NCBI GenBank assembly: GCA_963801815.1
Contig: CAWDGJ010000002.1
Coordinates: 608,001-672,000, forward strand
DNA: 64,000 nt
Direction: 5' to 3'
Source of the DNA: an uncultured Verrucomicrobiae bacterium
Lineage (GTDB): Bacteria; Verrucomicrobiota; Verrucomicrobiia; Chthoniobacterales; UBA10450
This document shows, in pieces, positions 60,733 through 64,000 of this stretch. Position numbers and translations under genes: made by a program. The notes under the pieces are model-generated. The model searched no databases. It was given only the letters and a program-made list of their open reading frames with translations, and was not told the origin of the DNA. Each line of letters opens with the position of its first letter. Positions within the stretch are counted from its first letter, which is position 1.

Positions 60733-61176
60733 ATGCAAATCCTGATCAACTGCCTGCTGGCGATTTACGTTCTGGTCGCGCTGCTGATGATCCTCGTGAT
60801 CTTGATGCAGCGCCCCAAGAGCGAAGGACTTGGCGCGGCGTTTGGTGGCGGCATGACCGAAAATATCTTCGGTGCTCAGACCACGAACGTTCTGGTCAAG
60901 TTTACCTCGTGGCTAACCGGGATTTTCTTCATCCTTACCTTTGTCTTGTCGATCTTTTATGCGCACAGGACAAGCCGTGACACCGGACTTCGCAACGAAT
61001 TGCTGAGACAGCAAACGACGGCACAACCATCGGCGTCACTGCCGCCAGTGAATCCAAATGCGCCGGCAGTCCCGGCACCGGGCGCACCAGTTTTGCCACA
61101 AGCGGGAGCTTCGCCGGCAACGACACCACCGATTGTTCCATCGCCTACACCGGCGCCTTCCAAGCCTAAGCGATAA
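60733..61176 (+). CDS. secG: Preprotein translocase subunit SecG with Pro-rich tail
   Basis: ILMQRPKSEGLGAAFGGG, two TM helices. Confidence 0.92.
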   Translation: MQILINCLLAIYVLVALLMILVILMQRPKSEGLGAAFGGGMTENIFGAQTTNVLVKFTSWLTGIFFILTFVLSIFYAHRTSRDTGLRNELLRQQTTAQPSASLPPVNPNAPAVPAPGAPVLPQAGASPATTPPIVPSPTPAPSKPKR

Positions 61177-61449
61177 GTGCTCTGTGGCCTCATCGTCGCG
61201 GTTGCCCAGCCCTTGGCAATTGTCGATTCGCGCGCAGAACAACGGAGCATTCATCGATCTGCTCGTGCGGAAAATGCCAGGCCGTCGAAGTCCACCCTCG
61301 CTTACATGCTGGACGGCGTCGCTCGGGCCTAACTGCTAAACGCTAACTCGAAGCGCCGACGATTCACTCGGCAGGGGTGGTCTTGGGAGATGGCGATTGA
61401 CGTGCAGTTCCGAAATTGGCTCCTGCCCGCTAAATTTCCCCTGCGCGAG

Positions 61450-61487
61450 TTCACGCAATTGTTACTTCGCCGTCATCAGACCGTAAC
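61450..61487 (+). promoter_or_regulatory. Pho-box-like array of four direct repeats at 11-bp spacing
   Basis: TTCAC (61450), GTTAC (61461), GTCAT (61472), GTAAC (61483), about 100 bp upstream of the porin. Confidence 0.65.
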
Positions 61488-61587
61488 ATTCACTTTCTAG
61501 CTTCTGCGCGTTGCGAGGAGGGCGGAGGCGGACGGCGCTCAAATCGCGATCTAACTCCGCGGCGAATGCCGCAACCTAAAAAAAATT

Positions 61588-63237
61588 ATGCCTAACCAAA
61601 ATATGTTTTCACTAACAGCCGGCGGTTGCCTGGCTGCATTGATGTTACTACCTCTTCAATCGCTCCGTTCGGAAACGTCTTCAGACGTCGACCGGCTGAC
61701 GAAGCTCGAGCAGGCGGTTCAGCAATTGCAGAACCGTAACGCTGAACTGGAGAAAGAGGTAAGCACTCTAAAAAAACAAGCCGTGTCGGCGGTCGCACCT
61801 CCGGCAGAGGGACCGACGAAGAGACAAGTCACCTACGACGGGAAAACTTACGTTGAGAAAGAAGTTCCGGTAGAGAAAACAGCCGCTGATAAGTGGAAGT
61901 TATCCACGCCTATCACGGAACTCGAACTCTTCGGAGACGTTCGATTGCGTTACGCTTACAACGGTGGCCAGACAGATGACGATTCACCGGTTGGCGCGCG
62001 CGCTAACGGGGTCGCGGGCCGTGACGACTGGCAGGAGCGTGAACGCGAACGCTACCGAATTCGGCTCGGCTTGAAGGGAACCGTATTAGATGACTGGTTT
62101 TTTGGAATCAGACTCGAAACAAGTGCCAGTGATCGATCTACCAATGTAACGTTTGGTGATGATACATCGACCTCTTCACCCGGCGGCGGAGGTCCTTTCG
62201 CCAAGGGCAGCGACGGCATTGAGGTGGGTCAGGCCTACATCGGATACAAAGGTTTCAAGGACATCACATTGACGGGCGGCAAAATGCCAAATCTGCTGGT
62301 GACCACACCAATGGTTTGGGACCCGGACATCAATCCCGAGGGCCTTACCGAACAGTGGAAGCACACCTTCAGCTTTGGCACAGCCGGCGAAGCGCCAGCG
62401 CAGTCTTACGGCAAAGACGGCAAGAACGTCGCGCCGGTTGCGGTTAAGACAGAGCCCCTGGTCAAGCTCGATATCTTCGTGAACCTGGCTCAGTACGTTT
62501 ACGACGACGCGAATCCGGAAAATCCGCTTGGACCGCGCGCCACCACGACCGCAAACGGTGGTCACCAACTTGTTCCTAACACGGACGCATTCCTAATGGC
62601 TTGGCAGGTTGGCGCAAAGGCCACTTTCCCACATGGCCTTTTCTTTCAGATTGCTCCGACATTGTATAACTACACGGGCAACGGCGACACCTTCAACGTT
62701 CATTATCAGGGAGGCGACCCGAACCTGACCAACGCAGCGTCGCTGGCGCAAAATCAAACTGGAATCAACAGTTTGCTCGTCTTCGACATGCCGATGGAGT
62801 TCGGCTGGAAGCTGTGGAATCTCCCGATGCACATTTTTGGCGATTTCGCAGTCAATTTCGAAGGGGATGAGCGCGCCAAAGCAGCCGGACATCCTAGTTT
62901 TGGCGATCAGCGCTATGCGTTTCAGGGTGGCGTCGGGGTTGGGCAGCTGAAGAAGAAGCACGATTGGCAACTCGATGTGTATTACCAACTCTCTGAGCAG
63001 TACGCGCTCGATCCAAACCTTGTCGACGACGATATTTTCGACAGTCGTCAGAACATGCAGGGCGTCGTGGTTAAGGCGGGATACGCGCTCAGTGATGCGG
63101 TCAGCGTTAACCTCACGTATAACTATGGCTGGCGTTACGATGACAATCTTGGCACCGGTGGAACGCCAATCGCAATCGGAGTCAATCCGCTTGATCAGTA
63201 CCAGCTGTTCTTCGCGGATCTCATCATCAAGTTCTAG
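61588..63237 (+). CDS. Putative outer-membrane beta-barrel porin
   Basis: Signal peptide, coiled coil, GDVRLRY, RERYRIRLG, WDPDINPEG, alternating beta strands, terminal DLIIKF. Confidence 0.85.
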   Translation: MPNQNMFSLTAGGCLAALMLLPLQSLRSETSSDVDRLTKLEQAVQQLQNRNAELEKEVSTLKKQAVSAVAPPAEGPTKRQVTYDGKTYVEKEVPVEKTAADKWKLSTPITELELFGDVRLRYAYNGGQTDDDSPVGARANGVAGRDDWQERERERYRIRLGLKGTVLDDWFFGIRLETSASDRSTNVTFGDDTSTSSPGGGGPFAKGSDGIEVGQAYIGYKGFKDITLTGGKMPNLLVTTPMVWDPDINPEGLTEQWKHTFSFGTAGEAPAQSYGKDGKNVAPVAVKTEPLVKLDIFVNLAQYVYDDANPENPLGPRATTTANGGHQLVPNTDAFLMAWQVGAKATFPHGLFFQIAPTLYNYTGNGDTFNVHYQGGDPNLTNAASLAQNQTGINSLLVFDMPMEFGWKLWNLPMHIFGDFAVNFEGDERAKAAGHPSFGDQRYAFQGGVGVGQLKKKHDWQLDVYYQLSEQYALDPNLVDDDIFDSRQNMQGVVVKAGYALSDAVSVNLTYNYGWRYDDNLGTGGTPIAIGVNPLDQYQLFFADLIIKF

Positions 63238-63282
63238 AGAACAATCAGAAGAAGAATTCACACGACAAGGTTAGGTCAGTTT

Positions 63283-63322
63283 AAGCCCGCCGTGGACGGT
63301 ACCGCGGCGGGCTTTGTCGTTT
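63283..63322 (+). terminator. Probable intrinsic terminator
   Basis: aagcccgccgtgg-acggta-ccgcggcgggctt followed by a T-rich tail. Confidence 0.7.
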
Positions 63323-63344
63323 CAAAAAACGTGGAGCTCGACCG

Positions 63345-64000
63345 ATGTCGGCCTTAACTCAGCCCCGATTCTCTTTTGAATCTCCGATCACACCGCGGGA
63401 GGGGATCCATCACGTGCGAACGGCATGGATTTCCGACGTTCATCTCGGCACGCGGACGAGCAATGCCGCCGCGCTTCTGGAATTTCTTCGCGATTACGAA
63501 TGCGAACAGCTCTATGTCGTCGGCGATTTGATCGACATCTGGCAATTGCGTCGAGGGCGTTACTGGCCGCAGCAGCACAACGACGTGATTCAGAAGATTC
63601 TCCGCAAAGCCCGCAAAGGCGTGCCGGTAACCTTCATTCCTGGGAACCACGACGAGTTCATCAATTCATTTGGCGGTGCCTACGGAAACATCTCGATTCA
63701 GCAACACGCAATTCATCACCTGGCCGATGGCCGGCGAATGCTCGTCATTCATGGACACGAGCTTGACACCGTGGTCCAGAACGCAAAGTGGCTCGCGTAT
63801 CTCGGCGACGCCGGCTACCAATTCCTGCTCTCGCTCAACCCTGCGATAAACTTCTTCCGCCGGCGATTCGGCCTCGGCTACTGGTCGCTCAGCGCCTACG
63901 CAAAAAAACGGGTGAAGGACGCGGTGAACTTTATCGGTGAATTTGAGAAAGCAATCGTGCGCTATGCCGAGAAGTTTTCAGTCGACGCCGTTTTGTGCGG
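63345..64000 (+). CDS. UDP-2,3-diacylglucosamine hydrolase-like metallophosphoesterase (3' partial)
   Basis: WISDVHLG, VGDLID, PGNHD, IHGH, CG motifs; runs off the window end. Confidence 0.88.
   Translation, partial: MSALTQPRFSFESPITPREGIHHVRTAWISDVHLGTRTSNAAALLEFLRDYECEQLYVVGDLIDIWQLRRGRYWPQQHNDVIQKILRKARKGVPVTFIPGNHDEFINSFGGAYGNISIQQHAIHHLADGRRMLVIHGHELDTVVQNAKWLAYLGDAGYQFLLSLNPAINFFRRRFGLGYWSLSAYAKKRVKDAVNFIGEFEKAIVRYAEKFSVDAVLC

Overview
Bacterial chromosomal window. Gene content, the double-length UvrA, the ECF/Ser-Thr kinase pair and the repeat types suggest Verrucomicrobiota (Spartobacteria/Chthoniobacterales-like); this is inference. It opens with a coupled respiratory operon (nine-heme cytochrome c, B-family heme-copper oxidase subunits IIa/II/I, SCO). 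Next is a chromosomal integron: intI, an attI-like site with a nested 17-bp inverted repeat, and three attC-bounded cassettes. The rest is mostly housekeeping: alpha-2-macroglobulin/pbpC, uvrD, malQ, mdh, purC, gatCA, tRNA-Thr, trpC, thiD, rnc, purD, tolQRA-like genes, lgt, uvrA, GTP-PEPCK, mazG, secG and a porin with Pho-box-like repeats. The most unusual signal is a dense set of short repeat families. A GxxExxY nuclease gene is bracketed by inverted 10-nt-periodic arms, with a solo arm 1.9 kb away. There are also 7-nt-periodic hairpins, REP/MITE-like palindromes, a 73-bp element ending in TCAA nested in a REP, and many of these repeats lie in-frame inside uvrA and pbpC. Many conserved genes carry indels, most likely long-read sequencing errors rather than pseudogenes. 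All calls come from motif recognition by eye; no database searches were run.
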